In this document: positions 10,174 to 23,479 of the stretch, piece after piece
How positions within the stretch are numbered: the stretch's first letter is position 1
How the letters are laid out: every line of letters starts with the position of its first letter
Translations under genes and position numbers: made by a program
Notes under the pieces: model-generated
Told to the model about the DNA's origin: nothing
The model's database searches: none
The model's input: the letters and a program-made list of their open reading frames with translations, nothing else
NCBI GenBank assembly: GCA_030704615.1
Contig: CM060731.1
Span: 45,632,001 to 45,696,000, forward strand
Length of the DNA: 64,000 nt
From: Takakia lepidozioides
Lineage: Eukaryota; Plantae; Bryophyta
Direction of reading: 5' to 3'

Positions 10174-13100
10174 TCAACTAGCATCATCCATGTCATTGTC
10201 CCTGTCCCCACTGTCCTCCCCACCTGTGCCATTCCCATTTCCATGCACCTCCTCCTCCTCACTTTCCAACCTGCCCTCATCTGTATCACTAAGCTCCGAA
10301 TCATCATCAACCGTCACATCATGCGCCTCGGGCTCACTGTCCTCTTCCTCATACACAACCGCCGGCTCAGCTTCCTCTGTGTCTCTGAAGTGCATCTCAT
10401 TTGCTGAAATTTGCGCCATAATCAGGTCTAGGCGGCCTGAGAGTGACAGCAGTTGCCGGAAGACAGTGAGCCGAGCATCAATTATCTGGTATAGTGAGGT
10501 GAGTACTGGCTGCATAGCAGGGTTCGACATTATAAAAGCTGCATGCTGCAGAAGCACGGCCCGCACCCACGGTACTAGGCCCAATGCTCTCTGGGGCCTG
10601 GCTTCCAACCTTGAAACTGACAGATTGAGGAACTTTGTAGCCTCTAAGGGCCGCAGCCTACGCACAGTGTTAGTAATGATCTTGTCATCAACCACAGAGA
10701 GACATTGCTCCAGCAAGGAGCTGTCATCAGCCTGCAAGGCTTGCAAAAGGAGAACCTGCAGTGAGTCAGCACGAGGGGGCACTACTGTTTCCTTCTCAGA
10801 CACTATAATCTTGTCGTCCCGCGTGTCAGCAACCAGATTCAATGCAATGAGCCTTTCTTCCATAGTCTGCTCACCATCTACTGCCATATCAACATCAGCA
10901 TCTGCCTCTTCCACCTGCTTCGATTTCTCTGCTTTCACAGCAAGTTGCATTGTTTCGTCTTCAATTTCCGTACTGGCACGCCGCTTCTTGGAGATTTTCT
11001 TGGAGGGGGTACCTATTTCCATGCGGGGGCCTGGAATCACAGCATCTCCCGCACTATCAAGACCCAAGACAGTGACCTCCTGTGGGGCAGCCTGTATTGC
11101 ATTGCCAGGAGTTGATGTTGGCGGCAGCAACGCACCATTTGCAGATGCTCCCAAAATGATGTTGAGTTCTCCATTGCCATCTAGCTTAACTCGCTCAAAC
11201 TGGGGTCTGGCAGATGTGCCATGCGCAACAAGTACAGCCCCACCACCCTCCACAAGCCTGGCTGCCAGAATACAAGGCTTACTCCCCTTACCTGCTTTGA
11301 CGGTACTATTGACACTGATTCGAAGCGGCTGCACTGTAGCCAGCTCTGCAACAGAGGGGCCTGACCAGACATATGCTACACCTGCTTCAGATACTGCTAG
11401 CACCCTTAGCACCTCCCCACCTTGACCAAATCCACAGCAGTCCAGTGCCACAGCTGGCTGTTCCAATGACAACGAACAGGCAATGCCTGTTTCAACTTTA
11501 CTCCCTTCACATTGCCACATTGCAACGTGGCGCTCACCAATTGCACAGGACAGCACATATTTACCGTCATGTGTGAATAGCACCGAGTGTACAGAAGCCT
11601 GAACATATATGGAGTGAAAGTCAGCAAACCACTCATAGTTGGTAGTAACCACCAAGTACCCTGTCTAGTTTTATTACTTCATGAAAAGAAACTTGCGACA
11701 AGTAAACATTGCTGGGCAAGCACTTACAGGATGACCAGCAAATTTGCGCAGACGTTTTTTACTTGATAAGTCATATAGCTTAAGCTCGGCACTGGCCGCC
11801 ACTAACGTACCTCCATCTGCAGTATGCATTACCAACAACTTCAGAGATGTACTCATCAGACATAGCTTGCCATACTCATGTGAGGACAAAGCACAGAAGG
11901 CAAGAGTACGTGTTGTGTGTATATGATGACGTTTGCTGTGGGAGGAGTGGCAAAACACTATCCAAGATCAATCTCTTGAAAAAAAGAAACTATGTGGTGG
12001 AAGTCATTCACAGCAGCATACTATGCAGAACAATCTGGAGAACATGTCAAATCCAAACCTCGTGAAGACAATCAGCGAAGATAGCATTGCAAAATCCACA
12101 GAAGAGGATACCAATCTGTAAACTCAGCTAACTAAATGAAGCGTCCAACTAAAACCCTAGCCTATACGACTACAATAGGCAACTAACCTGGGGAGACATT
12201 CACAGACGAGAGAGCAGTTTTGGCACCCCGAAACTTAGATAGCACCTGGCCAGTAGCATAATCCAGTTCACACACCATGCCATCGCTGCCCCCACTATAT
12301 ACCCTTCGTCCGCTCTTGCTGATTGCTACTGACTTCACACCGCTGCTGACCACCCATCGAGCCATTTCTCTTTATACAGTGACTCATTTGAAGCTTACAG
12401 TATTTCATCAAACTGAGGCAGGGGGCATCCCCTTATGAAAGCCTGATTAGGGCCCTAACTGGCATTGACACCGAAGGGGATTCGATGGATGCATGTGAAG
12501 GAAAAAGTTATCACCGGGTTCTCCCAACTACAACAAAAGCTTGCTTATCCTGTGCTGCAGCAACAGGTAGTCCACAAATATGGGGGTGCAGAAAGAGGCA
12601 GAAAGAAGCAGGAAACCCAGTCCACTGTCTGTGTACAGTTACCAGGATGGATTTGCTTCCAAACAAAAATGAAGACGTTCAGATGTTCAGATGACTTGAC
12701 TTGGATGGCCTTCTGGTCAAGAGCTAGCATTAAGCTGCTTGGAGCAGGATACAGTGTCCACAAATTCAAGTATAAATTAGGGCTTGGAGCCAGCTTTGAT
12801 GTTAAAAGAACCTCAGAGATTCATGATTGACAATGACAGAAAGGCTCACCGAATAACAGGTATGGTCGCACCAAAGCCGCAATGCGTAGCAAAAGGCCCT
12901 AAGGTTTAGGGTTTAGGGCTTATACGCAATAAGAGATGGAAGTTGTACCCTGAGTGACAGTCGTTGATCCTCCACGTTAGTTGCCCGAGAGTAGTGTCCC
13001 ATCCCAGCACATCTCCGCCTCCTGTTCCCAGGACCAACAATGTTGCCCCTCTGTCTTTACCTCCCTTCTTCTTTCCCTGAAAAAGGACAATAAGAGTATC

Positions 13101-13502
13101 TCAAATCTCACTGAAACCCATCACCACCACTCGAACTTTCCATTGATGAACGAGAACAAGCAAATCATCACGTGCATTCGATGTGTCAAGGCAAGCATCG
13201 AGTTTATATAGCATACTCTATCACTATCGCCGAAAGATGAATGGCCTGGTACCTTCTTCGTGGATGCAGAAAGAGAGGGACCCCAAGCTATGCACGTGTA
13301 GTCAACCGAGAGGTGACCATTGGCCGCAGTGTCGGCCCCACTTACAGAGGTTGCTGATAAGTCCACAAACTCTGCCTGCATTTCCCCCGTTGCTGCATTC
13401 CATGTCTGCATCCCCCCAAAACTTATCATGCTTCACTACCCATACCAAGCCGCCTCTCTGCACCATTTCCCTAAGGCGGTGCAACCAGGGCATTACAAGT
13501 AG

Positions 13503-13542
<40 letters not shown>

Positions 13543-13670
13543 ACACACAGTCCCAAAGACGACAGGGATAGAGCGCGAACCTTAATTCTTCCATCTCCCG
13601 CAGTGATGGCGACTGCATCTCCACTAGAATTGAATGCTGTCAAAAGATCCCTCAAACTCGCAGGAGCCAT
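10174..13670 (-). CDS. WDR43: WD40/Utp12-domain SSU processome protein (WDR43/UTP5), 6 exons
   Basis: Approximate exons 13670-13581, 13405-13253, 13076-12949, ~12345-12188, ~11816-11727, ~11601-10174. WD repeats (AITAGDGRIKTWN, YSGGSDGMV), a Utp12-like C-terminus (SLQVLLLQAL...WVRAVLLQHA...LLSLSGRLDL) and an acidic tail. Confidence 0.9.
13508..13539. repeat. (CT)n microsatellite in WDR43 intron 1
   Basis: About 16 CT units. Confidence 0.9.
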
Positions 13671-15010
13671 TGGGCCACCACCCTAACCCAGAACACCCAA
13701 AACAAGAGACACTGGAAATCCACAAGCACTAGGGTGCAACACAGGAGAGGTGATACGCCTGTGGAGAGACGAAAGGCAATTCATCCCAGGACAGAGGCCG
13801 AGGGCAAGTGAGACGAGGGGGAGAGAGAGAATGTGAACGAGGTGGGCGCCGCCAACACTCTTCTAGCGCGGCCTGCAGTTCACACCGCGCGGTTGACCGC
13901 ACAGATGCCTGAGGCAACAGCCCTATGACCTCACACATTCCTGAGGATTACAGTGGGCCCACTGAAATGACTTGTGTTGTTTGCTTTGCCTTTCGGACTG
14001 TGATACACACTTGTTGCTCTATGAACAATGGATGCTGATGCATGAGCTTCTGATAGACAGGCAGTAGTTGTTGATGACTCAGGGTCTCACCATAGAAGAT
14101 CCAAAACTCCCAACAAGAGACAGAATCAATGATATTCACACTGGCTATGGCTGACCATTTGCATGCGGCCTGTAGCTGAGGAAATGGGTGATGTCTAACC
14201 TCGTGAGGGTGGGTTGCAGTGATATGGAAAATCCGCCACTACTCATGCTTAATGTAATCCAACCAAAATCTCTCCGAGATGTGGTCAATCTCCAATTTCC
14301 CAGCGATATCCAGGTATATGTTGGCCTAGGTAGCCTTTACACTGCCAAGCCAGATATCTTGGTACCAACACTTTGGCCAACGTTTGCTCCCTAATGAAGA
14401 GTGCCTTCACTGGACTGCTTTGTCACACTACCTCTTGTCACATTCAACCCAGGCATCCAAATATCCCGAGTCTGCTAGATTCCAGCTCAAAGAGCTGCTC
14501 CACTCTCTGAGTTTGTCACAAACTACTTGAGATTCAATAGACTGGAAACTGACCGTCACCCCACACAAGGTAATAAGATATTGCTGTCTCGAAGGAACAC
14601 CTAATGGGTTTGAGGTATTGAATACATCTCAAGCTGGAGTGGAATGTAAGCTTTCATCACAGTACAAAAGGAACCAAATCTGAGTGTTTCAGAGCCAGCC
14701 CCTACAATGAAATGGTGACTCCAGCATCAGTTCACAGATGTGTACATGTAGTGGAAGCTATCAGCAATTACGAGGTCATGTGCATAAGACATACATGCCA
14801 TCCATTCACTCCTGTTAATGCCAGGTGTCAGACAAACAAATGTGCACGGCATAACATCTGCTATCCCACACCTGACAAGCATATTGCTCCTGCCAGGTTA
14901 AACTCTCAATACCTCAGATTCAGATCAACAATAGAAACAATCACAACAGCCAATCACAACTTTGCCGGATTGAGGGTTGAAGCTGTGGCTTTCAAAACCA
15001 AGGAGGTACC

Positions 15011-17323
15011 CTAATAGCCCCAGTTTTGGTTCCGGATCTCATCATCGATCTTCTCCTTGATATCGGGGTGCTTAGCGAAGTACTCATCCACTGTCATGGT
15101 CCTCAGGGCTTGCTGCAACCACATCAAGAATCATCTCATCATCATCAAATAATACAGCAGCAATGTCCCACCCCCTTACATAAAATACAACTAAGGAAAT
15201 GATGGTTACAGCTGCCAACTGAGACGTAGCTCAAATACATCAAGGAGACACAGGGTGAAAACTTAGCAGCAGTGTTAAAAACAATGAATAAGAAAGAAAT
15301 TCTGCACTAACATATATGATTATAAAACATCTCACACGACAAAGCAATGCACTCCTGCTGACCCACTTGCACTGCCTAACAACACATTCTCTTTCATCCA
15401 TGTGACCGCAGGAACTACAAGCCTCGCAAATGACTTCAACCTCGGCAAGTACGAGTAAGCACACCGTAAATGGTCACATATCCATGCCAGCTATACAAAG
15501 TAATCAGCCATCAGCCACCTTAGCATAACATACTCTAACCTCCTGCAAACCAAGGTAAGCTCCATGACAAATATATAATCTTCCCTCCGTGCTGTAAGAA
15601 TTATGGGAACATTCCCATATTGCTTCTTGGTGGGAACCAAACCACAGGTTGCAATTTGATTCCTCAGTAAGTGGAGGTGCACAAACTGAAGTTCACATCT
15701 TTGGCTGTAACTAGTTCATGCTCACAGTTAAGAGTCATATCAAGCAGACTCAATAGCTTCAATATATGAGGATGGCAGGATGAAGGGTAAGGACTGGACA
15801 ACCAGATCCATTTTCCAATTATCATGATCCGTTGAGCTACGGGTGTCTAGCAGTTTCACCTTTTCCTCCCGGATTCTCTCGATCTCCTTCTCAAGCATAA
15901 GAACTTTCTTCTTTGACTCCTCCTCCTGCTGTGTTGCCTTCATCAACTGCCCATTAAGCCAGCCCCAGAACATGCATTAATCGTGGTGTTCCCATTGCAA
16001 TCAGTGAAGAAGCCATGAGGCTGACTTCCTCTGTAAGAAGATCAGCTCTGCTCTAGAGTTTTTGGAACAGGAGACAGAACAGCCCAAAAAGAAATGCCAA
16101 ACAATTGCTACTTCACAAACTGCATACAAGCCATACATACCAAAGGCTCTGTTATTAGCACAAACAGTCAAAGAAAGGGTGGAAGTTGCACCAAGGCTTG
16201 ATACTTGTTCTGGTATTCTGGAGTGAATTCGTCCTCATAGTCTGGAACCTCCTTGTCAAGGGCTGCATACATATGATCCAGACAAACAATGCACCCTTAC
16301 TTGGTGATCCTTTCCCTGTCTTCAAATCCCACCTTGCTTGAAGGACTGACATCCTAACCCAGGCATATGACCACCCTTTAGGAGTACCCGACACTGTCAC
16401 TATCCTTATAACGCTCTAACCAAGGACTTCCGATACACTGGAGGCTGAATAGAAGTATTTGATGAACTACTAAGGACAGCGCTTTCATTCCTACTCGAGC
16501 TTTTTGGAAACGGAAGGAGTAAAACGGTGCAATAACAAAATAACTAGTTGTAAGAGAAAAGAGGAAGGGATCCTTGTAAACTGACACGCATAGGACTGCT
16601 CGAAGATGTTCACAATGGAAGGGCCCAACTTCTGTTTGTAAAAATCCCAATTGATCCTGGTTGGTTTCTGCAGACAAATACTGCCTTTAGCTGGGAGAGC
16701 CACAACAACTGTTGCCGATTCCAACGCAGCGGTGAACAAATACCAGATGAGGACAGCGAAGGCAAGCATCTTTCTGCAATCTTTGCCCGGCATGGCCATA
16801 TGATAGAGGTTGCCAGTACCAGACCTAACAGTCGTTACATTCTTCCAAAATTCAATCTCGCCTCCAATTCTACAGATACAACCCTGGGCATCCATACTAA
16901 ACATGTAACCCTAACACGTGACCTTGGGAGTGTTGGCATTTTTCCTTCATCTGACTTGCAGATCCCTTATATATATATTAATACTTCTCTTACGACACCC
17001 CCCCCCCCAAACCATCCAGATACAGAAATTGCATTCCTCTTCCAAATTGCGCAAAGGGTATACACGATCTCAGATAGTACCTGCTGTTTCGCATCTCTCT
17101 ACTCTCCTCTAGTTTCTCAAATCCTACGTCATCACATTCTGGATCAAACTAAGAAGAGACAACACCATACAATGCTGAACTTTTCCGCGATGGTGGCGGA
17201 CACTTCCTCATAGGCCCGGCGCAACATGAGCAGCTCCCGCTTGCCTGATTCGGACACCACCACCTTGGATAAGTAATCCCAGTCTATGGACTTCCCCACC
17301 CTGGAGGCCGCCTTACCGCTCAT
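15011..17323 (-). CDS. ATP5PD: Mitochondrial ATP synthase subunit d, 5 exons
   Basis: Approximate exons 17323-17171 (MSGKAASRVGKSIDWDYLSK), 16667-16586 (KPTRINWDFYKQKLG), ~16262-16192 (VPDYEDEFTPEY), ~15946-15860, ~15112-15011 (TMTVDEYFAKHP...DDEIRNQNWGY*). Confidence 0.92.
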
Positions 17324-17554
17324 GGTGCCCCTCCTCTTGCCGACCCTCCTCGCACAACCAAGATCGCCCTCTGTCCTCTCTCTGTCTCTCTTCTCTCTCC
17401 CTCTCTTCTGTCTGTCTCTCACTCTCCGTCACAGCTTCTCTCACTCTGCACTTGGGAGGTAGCCCTGTGGTTGGGTATTTGTGCTTTCCTGTGCATAACC
17501 TGGGTGGTCCTGGGTTCAATCCAGTGTTGGGCGGTTATTTGATTTCTTTCATAA

Positions 17555-17775
17555 CCTCCCGTTCCGGTTCCGGTTTCTACAAAATCTTAGTTTCAAAGAT
17601 CCTCCGGTTCCGGTTTTTTCAGATATTTTTAATGGAAAGAACCACCGGTTCCGGTTAATTGTAAGAACCTCAAAAAATCGGCGGTTTTCATCAAATAACC
17701 AGCGGGTCTTTGGCGGATCTTTGACGGTTTTCAGGCTGGTTATCTCAAAACTATGTAACCGGTGGTTATGTTATA
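17555..17775. repeat. CCGGTT/GGTTCCGG-rich MITE-like remnant
   Basis: Clustered ccggttccggtt/aaccgg motifs; a similar motif cluster occurs near 49580-49750. Confidence 0.35.
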
Positions 17776-17899
17776 CGGAAAGTTTAGCTGTGCTTAGGGA
17801 TGGTGGGGATCATTTCACCCTCCTAGGCAGCAAAAACAAAAGGAAGAAAGCCACAACGGTTTACATATGGAAACTTCCCTCCCTTTCTGCGAGCCCAAT

Positions 17900-18797
17900 G
17901 GGTGTTTAATGGGTTGACACCCTGCCCCCCTGGGACAAGCGCACTTGGTACCATTTTAACCCTTGCTGGCCATCAAATCATGTCTGCACCACGGGCCACT
18001 CACACTTTCCTCCATGTGTCAAAAATCAAAACCCTCAGAAACCTCTGTCAAGAGCTCTCTAGGAAAAAGGCTGAAGATAGAACTCGCAGGCAGAAAGCCT
18101 TAACCAAGTGTATGCAAGTGTGCCAATACCAACTTCAATCAGGGCACGAAGGCCCTCAAACATTGTTGTCATATTTAAAGACTGCCAGGCGAAATCTGTC
18201 ACATCTCTTACACAGCAAAGAGCAATTTCTGAGATCAAGGCGGGTGTGAAATGGTCTCTCAAGGGGGAGAAAATGAACAAGTACTTTTTCAGCAAGGCGG
18301 CCCAGAGAAGGTCAGCCACTTACATGTCCCATCCAAGAACTATGGCTTCGGTGGCTGCTGATTACTTTGAACAGTTGTTTCGAAGTCAACCCTCTTCTGG
18401 CCAGGTGGAGCAGGCAAGGGCAACTCTCATTCATGAAATACCCTGTGCCTTGTCAAAAAATGACAAGAATAGCCTGGCAGCACCCTTCACGACGATGGAG
18501 CTGGGCTTGGCGGTGGAAAACATGGCCTCAATGAAAGCACCAGGCTTGGATGGGCTGCCCATTGAGTTCTTCAAAGTCATGTGGGGCACCATTGGAGAAG
18601 AATTCTTGCACATGGCCAATGATATCTTAGAAAAGAAGATTATGCCCTCCCAGATTTCAGAGGGCTCATCACCTTGATATTCAAAAGGGGGAAAGGAATA
18701 ACATGGCCAATTACAGACCGATTACTCTGCTCAACTCGACGTACAAAATAATTGCAAAAGCCTTGGTTTTGCGATTGCAGCCACTGCTACCAAATAT
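17900..18797 (+). mobile_element. LINE (L1/Tx1-like) ORF2 fragment
   Basis: KGEKMNKYFF, KAPGLDGLPIEFFK, then after frameshifts YRPITLLNSTYKIIAKAL; truncated near 18797. Confidence 0.9.
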
Positions 18798-19181
18798 TGA
18801 GATCAATAACATCGGTTCACCAGCAGACCACGTGGAGCACTACTCAATACATAACATCGACCAGGAATGTTAAGGAGTAGACCACGACAGCAGACTAATG
18901 AAATGTTCCACAAAAGTGTAGATCATATAATAAAATGAACAGATTTGCACCACAGACCAGATGAGTAAATAATCATTTATTGCCAGGCCTAGATGAAATA
19001 ACCCAGACATGGGAAGAGTCTGACTCGTCCGACATCTTCCTAGATGACAACTGCCTTTCTACAACTACATTCTCCATAGTACTGAGTGCTTTCAAAATGT
19101 ACTCAACACACTTAAGCGTTGCCTGCAAGCATACCGGAATGTAAACCACTTTGAGGTAAACGGCTTTCCTCTCTTTCTAAG

Positions 19182-20015
19182 TCATTTGCCATGATCGCCC
19201 TTCAACCAGTCGTAGAACCCCTCGATAAAGGACATGACGTAAAAGCCACATTCCCACGAGAAAGGTTGTTGTGGCACTTCAGGGACATGAAAATTGAATG
19301 CAGTGGCATCGTCCCACGACGCCTTGTGCGGCTCCAAGCCGAGACATGCTCCATACACATTTTGAACCCATGGCAATATCTCCACGGGTTTGTGCATCTC
19401 CTTGATAGAGTTCAAATGAGTGAACACGCGGAGCACCCGGTCAATAATCACCAAACTCCAATTAGACCTGCCACAACGCAGGGCGCATCAACACAAGGGA
19501 ACAGATGCAAATCAAAATGGCAGACCCATTGAGCACACTGGTAGACCTTGGGCAGACCAATGTTGCAGACCAGTGATGGTGGACCAATGATAAAGGGCAG
19601 AGAAACAGTGGTACTCAGGAACGCAGAACACTTACCCATCAACTATTGGTACCAGTATGTACTTGCAGGTCTTCAGGTCCTTCCCCATACGATGCACTGT
19701 CAATCCGTGCTCCACCTGTGAGCGAACCCGTTCCTGACATGCACTCCAGTGAATCTTTACTACACTCCAAACCCACGTCGGCAAAATAGCAACATCATTA
19801 TATGTCTTGACATCGAGATCCTTCTGATAAAACCTACACCACAACTCAAGCAATCGGTCTATAGCCTCAGATTCTTGTTTTTCTAGGGCTTTGAGGTCCT
19901 CGGTGGCAATACTGCACTCAAACTGTGGGTTGTTTTCAAAAAAGTGCAGCATTGCTTTTCCCTTAAAGATATGTGCGTTGAAAGTGGAGCCAAATCGGGC
20001 AGTGAACCTACACAA
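19182..20015 (-). pseudogene. Ulp1/SENP-like (C48) protease gene, probably decayed
   Basis: Spliced KYILVPIVDG|SNWSLVIID...HLNS...VPQQPFSWECGFYV; the catalytic Cys motif is present, while the His and Asp positions read Asn. Confidence 0.7.
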
Positions 20016-21599
20016 ACTCGGAAAAAACCTTTAAGAAGATAGACCACGACAGAACCGGGCTGGCAGACCCAGAAGGACCACACCCAGAAGGACCACACCT
20101 ACGACAGATACGGTACCAGACCCAAGGACCAGACCAACGGAGCAGGCCAATGGAGCGGATGAACGGCAGCCACATCAAACCCAGTAGACCCATGAAGCAG
20201 ATCCATACAACCTTTTTGCTGCAGACCCATGGAGTTGGTGTGTTCAGAGCATCGCAAGCAAACCAACGACACTTACTTGTGTTTGTTACGGAGCTCCGCA
20301 ATTTTGCTCTCCACTTCGAAGTCGCCTAAATGTGGCATAGGTCAGTCCCATCGTTAGTCGAGTGTACTGTCTTGGTCTACCCCTGTACTGTATTGGTCTG
20401 CTTCATTGAACTATGCTTGCTTCATTCCTCTACTACATTGGTTTACTAATTCACTTTGGCTCATTTATTGACTTCATTGGTCTCCTTCATCAAACCTTTA
20501 AAAAGTCATTAAGGGAGTCCCAGATGCTCTGCCGCATTGGTCTACTACAAGTGAGTGCTGGTCTACTGCAGGTGGTCTGCGATCATGGTCTGCTGCATTG
20601 GTCTACTGCAGGTGAGTATTGGTCAATTCAATAACAGAGGCACCAAAGACTTTATTATGTTCTTCTACAACATTCAAAGCAATGTCTCAACCAACATAAG
20701 TTGTAACCAGCCCAAGTCCTTCAAATCTCAGGTCCATTGCAAGAGCAAGCATATTGCGAGCCTTCATGTGATCATAAAATTGCATGAAACTCAAAATTGG
20801 TGACAATACCATCATGGCTTCTTTCTTTATCCTAGGTCAGCTAGCTCGCCATCCAGATCTTGTGAGACGATGCTATAATTAGTTGAATTCAAAACAGCCT
20901 CTCCGAATTTGAAGTACAAAGTCATATTTCATTGTGGAATTCAAGGCATCTATGAGTAGTCACTGCCCTCGGGATTGGTTCAACACACAGTTTGTGATGA
21001 CGAGTGAGAGAGCATGCATTTACAATCTCTTGATCCACAACCCATGTTTTTGCTGAGGATACCCGAGCCTGAAGTGCAAAGGACTGTCTCTCATAACAAG
21101 TTCTGATCGGAATCTTAAAGCTTCCTCAAATAATATCACCCTGCAAACCTATCTCAAAGATGCCCAACCCCACATCTTCAATACACATTTCCATTGGACA
21201 ACCAAAACATTTACTAGACAAAAAATATACAGAATAGACTCCAATAGGGAAGAAAGGTTCTCATTGTAGTGTTGCAGGATGCACTTTGACAAAAAACAAA
21301 AAAATTGCATAACAAATATAGTTCACATCATGAGATGCTCTAGTTGAGTGTACTACCTTGTCTTCACATGCGTATTTAATTTGTGCGGTCTTATTCCTAA
21401 GTCTTCACAAGCCTTATGTCTTTCTCTACAACCTTCACCAAATTTCTTTGGCCAAGTAATGCATTTCTAAATCTCGGCTTGTGCTCACTTTATCAAAACA
21501 AATGACATGCTTCTGCAAATTTTATCGTCATCTGTAGCATACTGGCAAGCAAGCAAGAGCCCTAAAATGGGGCAGTCAACCCTACACTTTCATACGTCA

Positions 21600-21823
21600 C
21601 CACGACCGACATCAAAGCCTCTGTCAAACCCACTCAGATGACATGTCACTTGTCTTGGAGATAGTCATGGGATATATGACTGTCATGTACATATGACGCC
21701 AGTGATGGAGATTTGACCTTCACCATTGGGATTCGCACTCCTTGGCAGCGGTAGAAGATGTTGGACTTGGGTCATGCGCGCATTGTAGCTTGCGATGCTA
21801 CATTTGGAACTAACCATCACAAG
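21600..21823 (+). pseudogene. MULE transposase 5' segment
   Basis: HSDDMSLV...FTIGIRTPWQR*KMLDLGHARIVACDATFGTNHHK followed by a GT donor; first catalytic D in DATFGTN; in-frame stop. Confidence 0.75.
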
Positions 21824-22389
21824 GTCTGCCATGGACCCTCTCCACAGGCTTCTGCTAGCATGATAGCATATTACAATGGTCTCCCACTCTTGTGGTGCAT
21901 TGTTCATTCGTCCTCAATCCCGATAGACCTAACTGTTGTAGACCCTGTCCCAGTACACCCCGTTCCAGCAGACCTTCCACTGCACTCTGTTTTAGGGCAG
22001 ACCCTTTTGCGTGTTCACCCTATTACAGTAGACCATGTGTGTGTTCACCCAGTTGCAGTACACCATATGCGTTTTCACCCTATTGCAGTAGACCCTGTGC
22101 TAGTACACCCTGTTAAAATAAGGTCTGTCGGTACGACACTGGTCTTCTAATTACAAATTGTCATTCAGGGTTGCACACGTCAGTGACGTCACATCGGACC
22201 TGACGCTAACGCGACCAACGTCACGTCAGTTTTGCCGAAAAATCAGTAAAACATGAGTTACGTGAAAAATATGTCATGTAGGTAAACATGTTGTATTCCA
22301 AGCGACACCTTGGCAAGTGAATGAATTGTTTTATAAATTACTCCATCCGCCAATAGTTGAGGTCATTTTTAAATCGTTATTGTTAAATT

Positions 22390-23120
22390 GGTGCGACCTC
22401 CAAATGGTGGTGGTCGCAGAATTTATCTTATTTTTTAATAGTTGCGACCACCAGCAGAGGGGTTGTCGCAACATTTTTTGTTTTTTAAAAATAGATGTGA
22501 CCACCAGCAGGGGTGGTCGCATTTTTTTCTTTTCTTAAACAGTTGCAACCACCGCTACTGGTGGTCGCACAATTTTTATTTTATTTGTAATAGGTGCGAC
22601 CACCATCAGGGGGGTGGTCGCAACATTTTTCTATTTTTTAATTATCTGCGACCACCAGCATGGGGGTGGTCGCAGCTTTTTTCTGTTTTTTTAATAGGTG
22701 CGACCACCATCAGGGGGGTGGTCACAAAATTTTTTATTTTTTTTAATTTTTTTTAATATTCTCTGTGACCACGAGCATGGGGGTGGTCGCAGCATTTTTT
22801 CTTTTTTTAATAGGTGCGACCACCAGCATGGGGGTGGTCGCAGAAATTTTCTATTTGTTTAATAGGTGCGACCACCAGCAGCGGGGTGGTCGCAGAAATT
22901 TTCTGTTTTTTTAATAGGTGCGACCATCAGCAGGGGGTGGTCGCAACAATTTATTTTAATTTTTATTTTAAATAATCTCTGTGACCACGAGCATGGGGGT
23001 GGTCGCAACATTTTTTTAATTTTTTTAATAGGTGCGACCACCAGCATGAGGGTGGTCGCAGCAGTTTTTAAAAAAAATAACATGCGACTTCCTCGTGCGA
23101 CCTGGAGCGGTCGCACCATT
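22390..23120 (+). repeat. Palindrome array 1 (~13-14 units, ~52-bp period) upstream of the hAT transposase
   Basis: TGCGACCACC-agca(n)gg-GGTGGTCGCA units separated by poly-T-rich spacers. Confidence 0.95.
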
Positions 23121-23159
23121 GGATCTGATTCGTCGAGCGTGTGAGGCTTGGAGGCTGGA

Positions 23160-23192
23160 GGGTATAAGGTGGTCCCAATGCCCCTCACTTCG
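23160..23192 (+). promoter_or_regulatory. TATA-like box and Inr-like sequence for the transposase gene
   Basis: ggtataagg followed by cctcactt; the same arrangement follows arrays 2 and 3. Confidence 0.5.
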
Positions 23193-23479
23193 TTTGTGGC
23201 AAACACTTTTGTGGCGAATGAATGTTCTCTATTCCTTGAGCAAGAGTGTAAGCCCAAGAAGAGGGTGCGGACCGTTTGCTGTTGTGGCTTCCACCAGAGC
23301 CACTGCAGCAAATTGTCGAAAAGCACAATACTACATGGTGCATTGATCCACTTGGATTGATGCCGTAGTGTTGGGCCATCGCATTCTGTTCTAACTTCTA
23401 TTGCTCTTGACAAATCTACCAAGTACACTAGTGTTCTTCGTTCAACCTTAAGTTTGTGGTTAGGGTTTTGGGTGTGAGG

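Noticed and set aside
10190-11425. 411-aa plus-strand ORF
   Set aside because: Ser-rich antisense shadow of the large WDR43 exon.
12903-12918. Telomere or chromosome-fusion scar
   Set aside because: Only about two TTTAGGG units inside an intron; better explained as a telo-box.
13950-14700. Possible gene between WDR43 and ATP synthase d
   Set aside because: Only short ORFs with no recognisable motifs or consistent splice model.
22317-23144. Short ORFs over the palindrome arrays (also 27138-27705 and 33172-33634)
   Set aside because: Translations of repeats with F/K-rich low complexity.
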